NCBI RefSeq assembly: GCF_041146345.1
Contig: NW_027191409.1
Coordinates: 1,736,001-1,800,000 of the forward strand
DNA: 64,000 nucleotides
Reading direction: 5' to 3'
Source of the DNA: Neodothiora populina
Lineage: Eukaryota
The position numbers and the translations under genes were made by a program. Shown in pieces: positions 50,346 through 63,590 of this stretch (position 1 is its first letter; each line of letters begins with the position of its first letter). The notes beneath the pieces are model-generated. The model was not told where the DNA came from. It saw only the letters and a list, made by a program, of their open reading frames with translations, and made no database searches.

Positions 50346-52784
50346 ATCGTTTTACACGTAAGGCAAGGTAATGTCGTGTAAGTTCCTGACGACGCCGTTT
50401 GAGATCTGTACTCCGTCCTCTACTCGCAGTCACACTCATGATGATTTTTCAATCGTGTCAGCCTAAGTTGTTCCCCACCATACACGCAATGAGGGAATAG
50501 AGAAAAGAAGGAACAAAGGAAAAGAAATGGCAAGGCATTATTCTGTATCACGCGCGCACGCCTTGCCGTGTTCCAGTCCAAAACGCGCTCACGTATGATT
50601 CATGAGCAACAGAGGCGTGCGGGCGGAACACGTGGGAAGCAGGCCACTTGAACGCCCTGACGTCATGAGGACCAAGCCGATCAAGACACCTTAGGTAAGG
50701 AGCACACATTTCTTCACAATGGGAAGACAATCGGGGGGAGGATGGAGACCATGCGTCCCGAAGCAGAGGATACCTGGGCAGCTACGGTAGACTAGAGCGC
50801 GGTAGTTTGGTTTTGACAGGTCATGGTGGATATGGTAAGGTACGGTACGGTACTTGTATGGATGCCTCATGCACCTGCAGGCATGGCATGCAGAATGGGC
50901 GCGGGTGGAGACGGGAAGGTCCGATCGAGTGGGGCGCATGTGGTTTTTCCCCACGCCCTTTATTTTTCTCTTCTTTTTTTTTGCTTGGTTCGGGGATTCT
51001 TCTTTTCTTGGGATCCCGGGAATAGACTAGTCTCGAGATGTCACTGTGTTTCATCGTCGGGCGCTCGTGCGACTGCTTGGTCACAAAATTGATATACAGT
51101 ATACTCCGGTGGGGTCTTCTTTGAACTCTATTGTCGAAAGAATGGCTCCCTAAATTGCTGAGGCCAAGAGGTATCATGAGATCGAATGTTTCTCCGGTCA
51201 TTTTTACTTGGCTCTATGAAGGCATTTCCGTTTCTCCTGGTCTGCTGCAAACAGTGGTCTTGCATAAGCTGCTGCTCTCAACTGCATTGCATTTTGCAGA
51301 CTGCCAAGTGGGGAGCTCATCCTGTAACTTCCACTTGTATGAGCATGCTTACTGAGAGTAGCCCGAGATCTCTCCCTCGGGGGAATGGGCCTCGCGGAAA
51401 TCTCGACCCGACATCCTGGAAGATGGCCTATAAGATACTGTAGCACTCGCTATACCAACTCTCGGACGAGTATGGTTGCGAAGACAGCCACAGTTCTAGA
51501 CTCGCCTCGCTAAATGACACTGACAAGTAGTACCAATGTACTTCTACCATTGAGAATGTCACTCTAGTGGCACCAATGCACCAAACGCAGGTAATCTACG
51601 AAGGTTCAGTACAATTACATCTCGGACCGCGATACAGCAGCACTAAGACAAGTATTGCACCCAAGGGCATAGTGCGTGTGGATGAACATCGGGTGCATCT
51701 TCTTCGGGATCCAATAATAACTAATAAGATAATTTTCCGGACGCCTCAATTTCAGCCAATAACGATGCTGTACTTATCACCAGCTCGAGCATTCTCTCTC
51801 TCACAAGGTGTATACCCTTGACGCAGAAGTGTGACGGGTTTGTGCAAGGCATCACAAGAAGCAGAGGAGATCATGGACATCATGAGATCCCATGTCTTTC
51901 GAAACATGCCCAAGATACGATCACTGGTACACACGACATGAAAGCCCTGAGAGGAAAGGCATGTGGGGAAGTCCGCACTGTGGCTCTGCTTCTTCGCTTC
52001 AATTCACCGCTTATTCGGGTGATGAAGGAGTCACTCGAGTACCGAGCGATCGTGACTTTCTCCCAAGGTTCTTCCGCGTGTCCTACGCTTGTAAGCGCTT
52101 AGCCGCTGGGGGTGGAGGGAGAAAGCCTCCTTCTTCGATTGATGTATGTATCACAGTATACTTGTGAGGCTTTCGGAAGAGGCTTTCGGAATCGCCCTTC
52201 CAGGTTGTGGAATTGCTCGGGAATAACCTGCAGGAAACGGTGCTATAGATCTACAACGTCTGCTGGACGGGAGGCCAAGTGCCATGGTTGTAGATGTGCG
52301 ATCGGCACCTCAGATGTGCTCAAGATACTGGATCCAGGGGTATCGAATCTGAGTAAAAGAGTGATTAGACGACTTGCGCAGCGATCTGATGAGGCGGACT
52401 TTGTTTAGTGCCCGCGAATTGCGGGCCAGAAGGGACCATTATCGACAGCTCTCGTGTCGAAAATGTGTCTTCAATGTCTGGTTCGTCCTGGTTAGATATT
52501 AGTGACATGCCGCTGCTAGGGACATCACGAGGTGAGCTGTGGACAATCTCCACAAGAATCATGTTGTAGCCAAAGCAAGCTACTGCTTCACGGTGTCCAA
52601 TCTTCAGGTGATATTAAGTACGGAATATTTGTTCTTCATTTGTATCGTCAATCGTGTCGATGTGGAATTATTTGCGACCAGAAGAGACTATTATGTTGTC
52701 CAATTGTTATTGCAGAGGTCTATCTTACCATCATGACTTCGTCCTTTTCTGCATTTTCTTTTGTGGTACGAGATCGTGATGCTC

Positions 52785-54638
52785 TCATGCCGAGGTGTTC
52801 GCGGGATCGAAGACCCAAGACCAATCTTCGACAAGCTCGGGGTGGAAGCGGTATTGCGGTGAATGAGTAGCCATATGAGCCACATTTGCGAGCGTTTGTC
52901 GCTGTATGGGTAGCACTCGACCTTCGTTCTCACCACCGATTATTGGGACTGTTGCGAGCCGTTGCAGCGGCACAATTGTGCCTCCAGCACCGTGGTGATG
53001 AGTGACTGGCGGTACAGAGGTCGTTATCCGTTGCGATCCCATGTAGTGGTCTATCTTGGTGACTTGAGCACGCAGCTTGTCACTCATGCCTGACGGGCAA
53101 TAAAGGTTGTTTTCCAGACGGCCGAGGAAATTAGCGAGATCGAGGAGCAGGCAGCGAACGCGATGGTAGGATGATTCTGTGATGGCCTTCTCAACGGCGG
53201 CCGCGAGGAAGGTTCCGATGCTTGCGAGGTGGTAGAATAGGGGCGAGCTAATTGCACGCAAGTACCCAACGGGTACACTGGCAAAGCCGGCTATCACCTC
53301 GCCTGCAACTTGACACTTTTCCTCCAGGGTACATTGGTCACTTGCGAAATGCACCATGCGCAATAGCTGGACGGTGGCGGCAATGTTGGCGGCTTGGAAG
53401 CTGAACAGGTCCTCGGAGAGATTGCATGTCATCTGCCGAGTAATCTTGAAGACAGGTGGCAATCCGCTGTACATGGCGAGTACCTGGTGCAAGATGGCGG
53501 CTTGTGGTGTCAGTGATCCCTCCACCAAGGTTTGTGCAAATGATGATCGCTGGCTGGAGGTGTGCGGATGGCGCGTGTGGCCAACTGAGTGCTCCAGAAT
53601 CCGGTATAAGTCGGTGACGAAGTTCCATCCTCGTAGCCAACCTGCGTTGCCTTCGTCGCCGGCCTTGTCGGGATATCCTGCGTTGCTGAACGTGTCGTCG
53701 TCAAGCTCGGTAGGATAGCGTACGAGGGATGATGCTTCTCTGCTCCTCACGATGCCGCCCCAAACGACCGAGGCGAAAACGTCCAGCGAGTATGCTGACC
53801 AGAACAAGCGTCGTCGCTCTTCCACCTCCACAATGCCAATTTCGCGCGGCCATGAGGACTCGTCATGCAGGCGACCGACGGCGACGAACTCATGATAAAG
53901 TCCAAGGTAATGGTTCATCAGCGGAGCTTTGCCGTACTGGATTGCAGTGATGGCCAATATGATAGATGCTCGCATGTAATCAAAGTCCTGTGTCAACGTC
54001 GCTTGCTTGGGGATGGCGTCCTCAGCTGCCTGGAACAAGGCCTCCGAGGGCGGCTCCTGCAATGTATGGGCATTCCACTTGGGGGAGTACAGAGCACCAT
54101 CGCGAGCACGTGCTGAGGATAGCGCACAGAGGGCCATCAGCGCGGCGAAGAAAGATCGATTGGTCAGGTGCTCACCTCGGGACACCCTTCTGATCAAGGT
54201 CGGTCGATGGAAGAAAGGAAACAGAGGGTAAACGACTTCGAAGTAAACCTCGGTCAAATCCATCACCAAGGCCTGAGTTGCTGACAGTGACGGGCGCCAG
54301 TCAGCTTCACTGCCCGCGTGGGATGATGGGACCACCCCTGGGCTGTAGCCTGAGGGCGTTGCGCATGTTGTCGTAGACTGGCCGTGTACATTATTACCTG
54401 AGGACTCGAGCGAAATCTCCTCATCAACAGGACGATGTTTCTTGGGCTTAGCACCCCGCTTTCGCAGGGGCCGATTGAAAGTACAGGTCTCTCCATAGTC
54501 AACACAGTTCTGACACCTTCCGGGCTCCTCGCCGCTTGGCTGGCAGCGTACGCTCCGACGACTGCAGACATCACAAGCTCGAGGGTTCCGTCGAGTCTTT
54601 CGAGGCCGCGGGGATGTTGCCCCTGGGCTTGCCGACAT
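52785..54638 (-). CDS. Zn(II)2Cys6 transcription factor with fungal-specific TF domain
   Basis: RACDVCSRRSVRCQPSGEEPGRCQNCVDYGETC, YFEVVYPLFPFFHRP, EERRRLFWSAYSLD; intronless. Confidence 0.93.
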   Translation of the reverse strand: MSASPGATSPRPRKTRRNPRACDVCSRRSVRCQPSGEEPGRCQNCVDYGETCTFNRPLRKRGAKPKKHRPVDEEISLESSGNNVHGQSTTTCATPSGYSPGVVPSSHAGSEADWRPSLSATQALVMDLTEVYFEVVYPLFPFFHRPTLIRRVSRGEHLTNRSFFAALMALCALSSARARDGALYSPKWNAHTLQEPPSEALFQAAEDAIPKQATLTQDFDYMRASIILAITAIQYGKAPLMNHYLGLYHEFVAVGRLHDESSWPREIGIVEVEERRRLFWSAYSLDVFASVVWGGIVRSREASSLVRYPTELDDDTFSNAGYPDKAGDEGNAGWLRGWNFVTDLYRILEHSVGHTRHPHTSSQRSSFAQTLVEGSLTPQAAILHQVLAMYSGLPPVFKITRQMTCNLSEDLFSFQAANIAATVQLLRMVHFASDQCTLEEKCQVAGEVIAGFASVPVGYLRAISSPLFYHLASIGTFLAAAVEKAITESSYHRVRCLLLDLANFLGRLENNLYCPSGMSDKLRAQVTKIDHYMGSQRITTSVPPVTHHHGAGGTIVPLQRLATVPIIGGENEGRVLPIQRQTLANVAHMATHSPQYRFHPELVEDWSWVFDPANTSA

Positions 54639-55876
54639 GTTAGCAAAACAACAAGTGGGAGTCCAGTCGCTGAAGATGTGCAAGTTGATGAAGGATTGGA
54701 TTAAATGCGTGAAGTACTGTGATGGGTGATGCATTGGTCCGGGCACTAGGGTGTTCAGCCACACACCCTGGACGCTATGTGGGCCGCTTTTTCACGTCCA
54801 TGTACCTGATTCAGTGTCATGACCATCTTTTGTATACCCAAGCGTTCTCGGATATGTTTCGTCCAACGAGTCGTGGCGTCCGTTATTGGGCTCTGTAATC
54901 GCTGCCAAGCATCTCTCCAGCAGAAAACTGTCGGCAAGGGTCAGAACCATGTATCACATCTTCGCGATGGACAGATTCAGTCATTCCAGTCACTGCATCC
55001 CGAGATATTTTCGAGTCACGAAAGAGCCTCGTTCTTACGCGGACACGGTTCAAATCGCGATCGGGATTACTCCGCGACGCTGGCTATCAATATGATCGGG
55101 AATCCCCCCGGACCGTTCAGCACTGGAGCTCTACCATCTCTTTGTTTCCTAAAGGCAGAGAGAGACTTACTCCATTCGATATTCTCATATACCGGGGTAA
55201 TACCATGACACGCAATATTCGGTGTACCTGCATTAGATTGTATCTTCCATTGGGAACCAGTCTACCTCGGCACGGAGAATGACGCGATCCCTCAACACCA
55301 ATGCCCAACCAGAGCCTCTACGGTACAACTGCAAACGCCTCGTTCTCGGACCCTTTGCGGTAACGATATCTGCTTGCGTGGTACTGGACCTGAAGACGAC
55401 GCCGCAAGCATGCTCCAACCGCCAGCTTACCCTATGGTGCACGATACCCATGCAGAATCCTTGCTGGGCTTTTTAGGATAGGGCGCCGATCAGAGCTTTC
55501 GTACCACGTGGATCTGGTGGCTCCGCAGCATCGTCCGAGCAATCAAACCTCGACAAAGGTGGGATACCCCAGCCCCACCGTCCCTATGACCAAAGGGTTC
55601 ACCTTTTTCGGACGACCGAAAAGACGTTGCAAAGTGCTGCGCGGCGGTCGGAAATAAATATTTTCACAGACGCCCCAACGGGGGCAAGGAAGTGCTGATC
55701 AATGCCAAGACGCCGATTGGTTAGTCAGAATTTTGGATCGCTCCCAGGCCGCGTTTTAGTGCAGCTTATTCGAACCATGAGTGCCATCAGGTCAATACTG
55801 CAATTCATTCAATTCCGGTGCCCCACGCATGCTTGCTGGGTGACTGCAGACTGGTGAGGCCGATAGACTTGCTTCC

Positions 55877-57033
55877 CTATCGTAGTCGTGCATTGAGTGG
55901 AGACGCACGAATGTCTCGGCGGAGACTGCCTGAAGGCAATGCACCGGTGCAGTCGACGAATGAGTCCACAGTGTCGGTTGGAATACCCAGAACGCTAAGG
56001 CGCGCCATGGCGTCTGTGAAGGCAGCTGCCCATTTTGCTGGAAGTGGGCGTTAGTAGTGTTGCGGTTGTGGCACACAAGGAGTGCCTGCCCTAAGTCTGT
56101 ACTCGTGCTTTACCTTGGTTGTTGACAAACCCGCTGAATGCTTGTCCAACGGTGGTGGACGTGTTTGACAAGTTGACGTCCGAGTCGAAACGGTACACAT
56201 TCGAGGGCGGGTCGTAAGTTTGGGCATAGTAGTCTACATCCCACTTGCCAGGCGTCGAATCTTGAGAGCCTCCGGATGGTATGCCGTTTGCAGTCTGGGC
56301 AAACGCCTTCGATGTGCTATGTGCTCCTATCAAGGCTGCAAGATCGACAGTGCTGAATCCTTTATTAGTGAAAAGCTGAAACAACGTGTCATATGCGGCC
56401 CCTGCCCCGAATGGTTGTGGTAGTTGCCCTTCTGGACCTGCTGTGTCTGTATCCGTTCTCCCAACAACCTGCAGAGTGCATTAGCTTATGTATTGTGGCG
56501 AGGCAGTAGTGTGCAGCTGCACCCAACTGACCGTTCTGACCTGAGGACCCCCTGGACAAGTTACAGTGGCGTGACTCGCGGCGAATTGTATCAAATCTGC
56601 AGCCGAGACTTGACTAGAGTAATCGGCATAGAACCCAGTGAGCCAGTCATGGTAAGACTCAAGCCCATTGTTCTCGGAACGTGAAATCTCATCTGGACTT
56701 AACAGAAGAGAGCCGTCAGCGCCGCCTGAGGCTGGCTCGTAGGATGGAAGTGTCGACGAATAGGCCCCTGTGTATCCCTTTTAACAGCCATCACCTTCAA
56801 GGTCATGCTGAGTACATACCTGAATCGTGAAAGGCGAAACGAATTGCAGCGCGAGCAAGATCGGTGCACTGGCCATCTGCTCCGAGAAAGACCGTCGTGA
56901 GCTGCGAGGATATGGTTGACCAGATGCCTGGGCAGTCACCAGCTCGCTTGACGACCGAGAAGGGATTCTTCCAGGCTGCAACACATAAAGGACCCACAAG
57001 AGCAAATAAGAAATGATTCCTGATGCCCATCAT
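55877..57033 (-). CDS. Secreted class II-type heme peroxidase
   Basis: Signal/propeptide ending KR, distal ARAAIRFAFHD, GGADGSLL, AADLIQFA, TCPGGP, proximal LIGAHST, DSTPGKWD; four exons. Confidence 0.92.
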
Positions 57034-59981
57034 GGTAGTCGAGCTTGTGAATTCAATCGAAGAATTACTTGAGTGCAGATGAAGCCCAAGGAAGGTCAGC
57101 TAGCGGGGGATATAGAAAATGGTTGTCTTCTTCACTGGAAGGCCATGCGGCATGGCCTTTATATACAGAAGTGTTGCTCGAGGCCATCACTTCGTATGTG
57201 AGTATCGGTGGGACTCAGTACTGTTGATTTGACTTGCAGAACAAAGACAATCCCGAAATAGAAATGAGGCAGCACAGGATCAGCACCACGAGGCACCGCC
57301 ATACTTACGCATCTGCTCGGAGAAATAAAACATGGTGTGAACCGTAAGCGCTACATGTTGGCTTAGACAGGGGCACAGCTATAAGAGTCGATACTTGGTC
57401 ACATTGGTCGAACCCCGAGCGATGAGCCAGCAGTGACAGCTCATGTCGATGATAGACCGTTTGCTTTTTCGGTTCACATTTTCGCATTCGACATTGGAAA
57501 ACCGGGGTATACTGGGGGCGGTTGGTCATGAATGGTGTATCATTCTATTGAACTCTAGCCGCTGCCCAGGCCGGAAAATAGGAGAGAAGTAATGCAGCAA
57601 CGCGCATATATCGACTGCATCGCATGCCGTACCACGCAGAGTTGCGCCTGCTCAACAAGAACAACATGTGATCAGCCCAGTATGTTGAGGCTGTGGCATT
57701 CCAAGCCATCAACGGATGTGGCTCCACGGAACTTGTATGCATGACCAGACCCGGTCGATCACACTGGTCGGTAATAGACGGCCCGAGCTCTAACTTTGAG
57801 GTTAACTGGACCACATGGCCGAGGATACGAAGACCTCGGGAGTATCAGCAGCATGTTCGTGAGTCTACCTCGTGGGGAAACAGCATGTCTGCCATGAGGA
57901 TATCGTGTGTTGCTCGCATGTATATGCTATCAACTAATATGCTAGCGCGAGGCGCCCCGTCTAGCAATTGATCTTACAGGGTCGTGAGCACTCGTAGGAA
58001 CTTGGCGCAGCTATCGGTCTGTCTTACTCGTCGTTCGATGGTGGAACCATACATTCATCAATCCCCATGCGGCGTGGTCAGCATTGATCCTTCGTGCTTC
58101 ACGCGGAGAGATTGAAGGAGAAATGCACCGTGCCACCGTGATCGGAACATATATTGAAAACGCATACATTCGAGGTGGCACGACAGCTTGGGGTATGGTC
58201 CAGCTGATCACCAACACATCGTTTTGATCCAGTAGACCGTCTCCGAAGACGCAGCGATACGAATGACTCACACCATTTGGGGAAGTTGTGATCTTGGCAG
58301 TGGGTACAATCGTGCACTTGGAATTGGACGACTGGATCAGTTATGCTGCTGGCGTTTCCTCGATAGTAGGATTCTCTCCAACCGACAAAGGGAAGAACGA
58401 GAACAATCCAAGGAAATGGGAAAGTCTACACAGTGTCAGATATTAATCCTAGTGATATCTTCCAGTACATAATCGGTCGTGCCGATCGATAGCCTGTCCA
58501 AAATTAATAGAAAAGCCAAAGCCCTATCTTCCTAGGAAGCGCCTCCCGCTGCACTCGCGCTCTGAGTCTCTACATCCGACCAGGTACCCGCTATATCTCC
58601 GACAGCTTTTCCGTGCATACTACCTGTATGCATCTCCACGCCATCGGGTTTGTGGACCATTTCCATGTACCATCACACACAACGACATGTAACGTTTCGC
58701 AGGACCACTTCGAAGAGCAAATGCAGAGTGCGCACGCAAGGGGGAAACATTCACGGGGCATCTGATCATTAGGCCAAATTGCCCGACCAAGACAAGTCGG
58801 AGATTTCACCCTGGTACTAGCATTGAGATAAGGTGCCGTTCACCGGCCCGGTTTCCACTCAAAGGGACGGCCCGGTGCATCTTATTGACCCATCCGGATG
58901 CCGTGTAATAGTTACGCTCTGCAACGACAGGGGCGCGAAGTAAGGTAAGGTATTGATCGTTGTGGCATTCCTGAGTGTTCACGTCCCTTCACAGCAATGT
59001 GGACTACCCGACTGATCCAGGCTACCTTGCTCTATTGATAATGGATACCAAGGCCAGATATTGATACTCAGTATCTGGGTCACATTATGACACAAGACCT
59101 CGAACACAGACAACGCATATCCCGAGCCTCCTCGTTCGGCTGATATCAAGTATGTTGTGCGCCGTCACACGTCCCGGCTAGACAATTGACTTGCTGATCA
59201 GGGGACGTGCTTTACCACTTCATGCGCTGCTCGGTCTAGCCTTGCCTAATACAATCGTATCCCATCCATGCATGGATCGTATCACTTGAGACCCTGTCAC
59301 GAATTGAGCATTATGAACAGGGGTGACCAGAGATGATATAGAATTACAATACGGATAGCTCGGAACCGAGGGTCTAATAACCGTCTAGCAGTCTGTCGCT
59401 CGGCCGCAGGCTGCGCCTCCGTAGGGCAGATGGAGTAAACGGTTGCCCCGGATCTACTTCGTACATCATTGAGCCTCTCGATGCCATATTACGATACCAC
59501 CGTGACATCGTTCAGCTAGGTACGTATGGTGCATCTTGACCTCGTGAGCTGATCATATTGTGCTCAACATCATTCTATGCTTCACGGTTCTGCGTTCGTG
59601 TTTACGAGGTAGGTGGCATGTTAAGAAGCTCGCTGAAGTCTGCACCTGCCGAAGTTGGTCCGGAAATACGACTTGAGACCAGCGCGGCATTTGTCATTCT
59701 GCAGAGTGCAAGCATCTCCATTCTTGTCTTCTCAACTGCATACAGACAACATACTACATCGCTTGGTCACTTCGTGGTTCAGAGGGTACTCGTGGTGACT
59801 GCAGAACAAGCAAATAGGGCAAGGGTATGTTTCGTGTTGCCAACCAAGCTAGGATCTGCACGTCTTAGCTGACAGTGGCTCGAGATACTGCCCGAGATCA
59901 TCGTCCGACGCAGGGCTGATAGCGCTTGGTTCAAAGGTGGTCATACGAATGATATTGTTCCCCCTATGAGAATCGTGTGTT

Positions 59982-61318
59982 CTACTTACCGCCCAAAGCT
60001 TCCCGCCTTGACTTAGATTGCGGATCAAAGAATGGCTTTTCCCCAAGCGAGCATACACGATCTCCAGCTCTCGCTGCCCCATAATCGTAAGTAGCACAGT
60101 GCCAGTTGGAACGGTTATCCCAAATCGCGAGGTCGTTCTTGCTCCACTTGAAGCGCACCTGAGCGTCGTGGTTTTGTGTCATAAGCTGGATTGAGCGTCA
60201 GCCTGGTACTTGGAGTTGCGGTGTTCGTCAATCGCAGACCAAGGTTACTCACACTGAAGATGTACTGCAAGAGCACGTCGGACTCGTCTTTTGTGACGCC
60301 ATTGATCCGACGCGTGAAGCCTCTGTTGACGAAAACGCTCTTCCAGCCAGTCACAGCTATTTGCACGTCAGCTTCGCGCCAGCAGGACCAGAAATTAACA
60401 ATCTATCATACGGTTTGTTCGGATGACTGGGTGGACAGCTTCGAGCGCCGGTCCGTGGTTGAGTGGAGAGCCTCGAATGGTCGTCCTCAGTGGGTTGCCC
60501 AATCTTGCGGCCTCTTCGTGGAAGAACTTCGCCTCATGTGTCGCAGTCAAGCCTTCGAGGAAAGTAGCCATCGCGGGCGACAACCTGTCATAGATCTCAT
60601 AACCGGATGCCCATAGCTAAGTCAAATGATCAGCATTTTTCCACGCTACCCGTGCTAGGTCACGCACCGTATCGCCGCCTGTCTCAGGGAGAGTGTGGAT
60701 CTTGAGCATGGCATAGTCAGAAGGCACTGGCTCGAAGGTGATGTCCGCATGCCAACCAACGCTAGCAAATCTGCTAGTGTCGCTGAGCTGATGGGTCAAA
60801 CCACCGCCTTTCTTCTGCTTTTCAGAACTGATGACACTGATCTGGTCGCCAAGTTCGCTGCCCTCCTCTGTCAATGGGTGCACATGCAGGCCTGATGATT
60901 CCGGCTGCAAGCATTGCGGTCAGTGAGGAAAATCCCAGGACAATGGGCGAACTACATACGCAGCCAGAGAGAAATGTCAGTCGCTCCATGAACTCGCGCA
61001 TCTGGATGGGTGTAACATCTTGGTCGCGCAAGAAGACGACGCCACGCTGAGAGACTTCGTCGGTCAGCGCTGTTTAGAGATGGATAAGACCAAACGAAAC
61101 CCACCTGTCACTGCTAGGTCCCTTATCAAAGCGTCACTGTCATCAGCCTGCAGTAAGTCCACGGCTTGCAAGCCATGATATTCACGACCAATGACTGGAG
61201 TCAGATCACTGTTCTTGTACGAGTCGAGAGTGCCTTTGTACTCCAGAGGGGCGCGCAAGCGAGTCTGTCCCTCGCCAGGTGCAGCGCTGTCAACGCGATT
61301 GGGAACAGCACCGGGCAT
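59982..61318 (-). CDS. TauD/TfdA family 2-oxoglutarate-dependent dioxygenase (sulfonate dioxygenase-like)
   Basis: LTPVIGRE, RGVVFLRDQD, GWHADITFE, GGDTLWASGY, AVHPVIRTN, IWDNRSNWH (HxD...H triad); six exons. Confidence 0.95.
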
Positions 61319-61948
61319 ACTGATCTGATGAACCTCGGTATGGGATTGCAGTGGGATTCAGTGTTTGCAAAAGTACAAATACAATCAACAAATATCCCGC
61401 GTCAGGCTAATGATATAGGAACGCAGGATGCTGTCATGCAGCGGGCCCGGCCGATATCAAATACTGGAGAGACCATGAGGGAGCCCGATCACGCAGCTCT
61501 GGGCCGACGGCCATGCTCACTACTAGCTCATCATTGTTCCATCTACCAAATATTCCGCGACGACATGGATATCGCGCTTCGACATCCCTCCTCGGATGTA
61601 CTGAAAACACCGATCCTTCCTGATTGGGACGCGCGATGTGGGGGTTCTTGGCATAAATGCCCCTCGCTTAGGATGTCGACATCGTCTATAGTGTCTTGGG
61701 AGGTGTATAACACGGGTGTCGCTACATACGATATCCATCTCAACCAGCGAAAGTCGCATGGGAAACACTATGATTGGGGAGTGTGGACGGCGATAATTTG
61801 GTGGAGTAATTTGACGCGATAGCTTGGGTGATCCGCAATTTTTTTTTTTTTTGGAAAAGCATCAAAAGGTGATGGTATATCCACCCAGAGATGACCGCCA
61901 TGCCACCATCTGCACATACCTTGCCCAGCTTAGTGAACTCGTGGCGAG

Positions 61949-63590
61949 ATGGACAACAGTGCAATGAAGCCAGAGCTGGTGCCGAGAGCGAGCAGCTCCT
62001 CGGACTTGAAAGGCTCTGTCTCTGTCGGGCGAGATCACATCTCACTCAAGCCACATGAGTCTTACGAAGGCTGCCACAGATGGGATCCGGATGCTGTATG
62101 GACAGCAGAAGAAGAGTCCCGGGTGATAAGGAAGGCGGATATTCTCTTGCTATCTTGGATTTGCTTGATGTTCTTTGGCCTACAGCTGGATCGCGGGAAT
62201 CTATCAAACGCGCTGGCGGACGATCTACTCAAGGACCTCAAGATTAACAGCAACGACTATAACAATGTGAGCACGGAAGACGAAAAAGCTATGCCAACCG
62301 AAATCTGACTTTCTCCAGGGTACTACTGTCCAATTGGTATGCTTTCTTCTCGCCGAGTTCCCTGTTCAGCTGGTCATCAAACGATATGGATTCAAACGCG
62401 TTCTTCCTCTCATGATGATGGGCTGGGGTACGGTCTCATGGGCTCAAGCTTTCATGACGGGTAAAGCTGGATTCTATGTCACGCGATGCCTGATTGGTCT
62501 CTTCGAGGGTGGTTTCATCCCTGGCACAATCCTTTTTGCCTCTTATTTCTACACGTCTGCCGAGCTTTCTACCCGTCTCGCTGCGTTCTGGTCGACCCTC
62601 AATATTGCAAGAGTTATCTCCGCCTTGCTGGCAGCAGGCATCTTGAAAATGCGCGGGGTGGGCGGTAGGCCCGGCTGGTTCTGGCTTTTCCTGCTCGAGG
62701 GACTTCTGACTTTCTTGATTGGTTTTGTCAGTTACTTCTACCTGCCACACTCGCCTACACACACGAAAGGCGTGATCTGGCGCAAGCCATGGTACACGGA
62801 GAGGGAAGAGGTGATTATGGTTAACCGCATTCTGCGTGATGACCCAGCGAAAGGTCTGACTGCTATTCGCGAACCGGCGACAATGCGCGACATCATTGAC
62901 ACGTGGAAAGACTCATCCATGTGGGGTCTGTATTTCATTGGGCTTGTGGCCTACATCCCTGCGGCCCCCATCTCGAGTTATTTGACCCTCACATTGAAGA
63001 GACTCGGCTATACGACGTTCGACAGCAACATGCTCACGATTCCTTATGCGGTGTTGCAGATCATCACCATGCTTACTCTTGCGTGGAGTAGTAACCACTT
63101 TGCAGAACGTACCTGGCATTGCTTCTTCGGCGAGTTTTTCATCCTACCTTTGCTCGCCGCTCTACTGGGCCTGCCATCTGGCGGCCGCAACTGGGCACGC
63201 TTCGCTATCTCGACACTGGTCTCGGGATACCCGTACTTCCACCCTATAGTCGTGGCATGGATCAGCGAAAACTCTTTTGACGTCAAAAAACGTGCCATAT
63301 CGGCCGCCACGTACAACGTCATTGTGCAGATCGGATCCATTATCTCGAGTCAAATCTACCGCGCCGACGATTCACCTTACTACTACAGAGGCAACAAGGT
63401 GCTTATTTCGATCTGCGCATTGAGTCTTGTCACCTTCGTCCTCCAGAGGGAATATCTGAGATATTTGAACAGAAAGAAGGAAAGAGTGTGGGATCAGATG
63501 AGTACGCAAGAGAAGGAGGGATATGTGGCCGATCAGGCGGCTAGAGAAGCAGATGGAAACAAGAGACTGGACTTTAGATTCCAATACTGA
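61949..63590 (+). CDS. MFS transporter, anion:cation symporter (Dal5/allantoate permease-like) family
   Basis: QLDRGNLSNA, RCLIGLFEGGFIPG, GWFWLFLLEG, QIYRADDSPYYYRGN, GNKRLDFRF; one intron ~62267-62318. Confidence 0.95.

Noticed and set aside
50100..52780. Short ORFs and TACAG/GTAC repeats considered as an array or small genes
   Set aside because: Low-complexity intergenic sequence with no repeat-spacer regularity; CRISPR is not expected in a fungal genome.
57100..59950. Short ORFs between the peroxidase and TauD genes
   Set aside because: No coding signal or recognisable domain.
61166..61822. 218-aa plus-strand ORF
   Set aside because: It overlaps the TauD first exon antisense and the divergent promoter, starts at a non-ATG codon and has no motifs.
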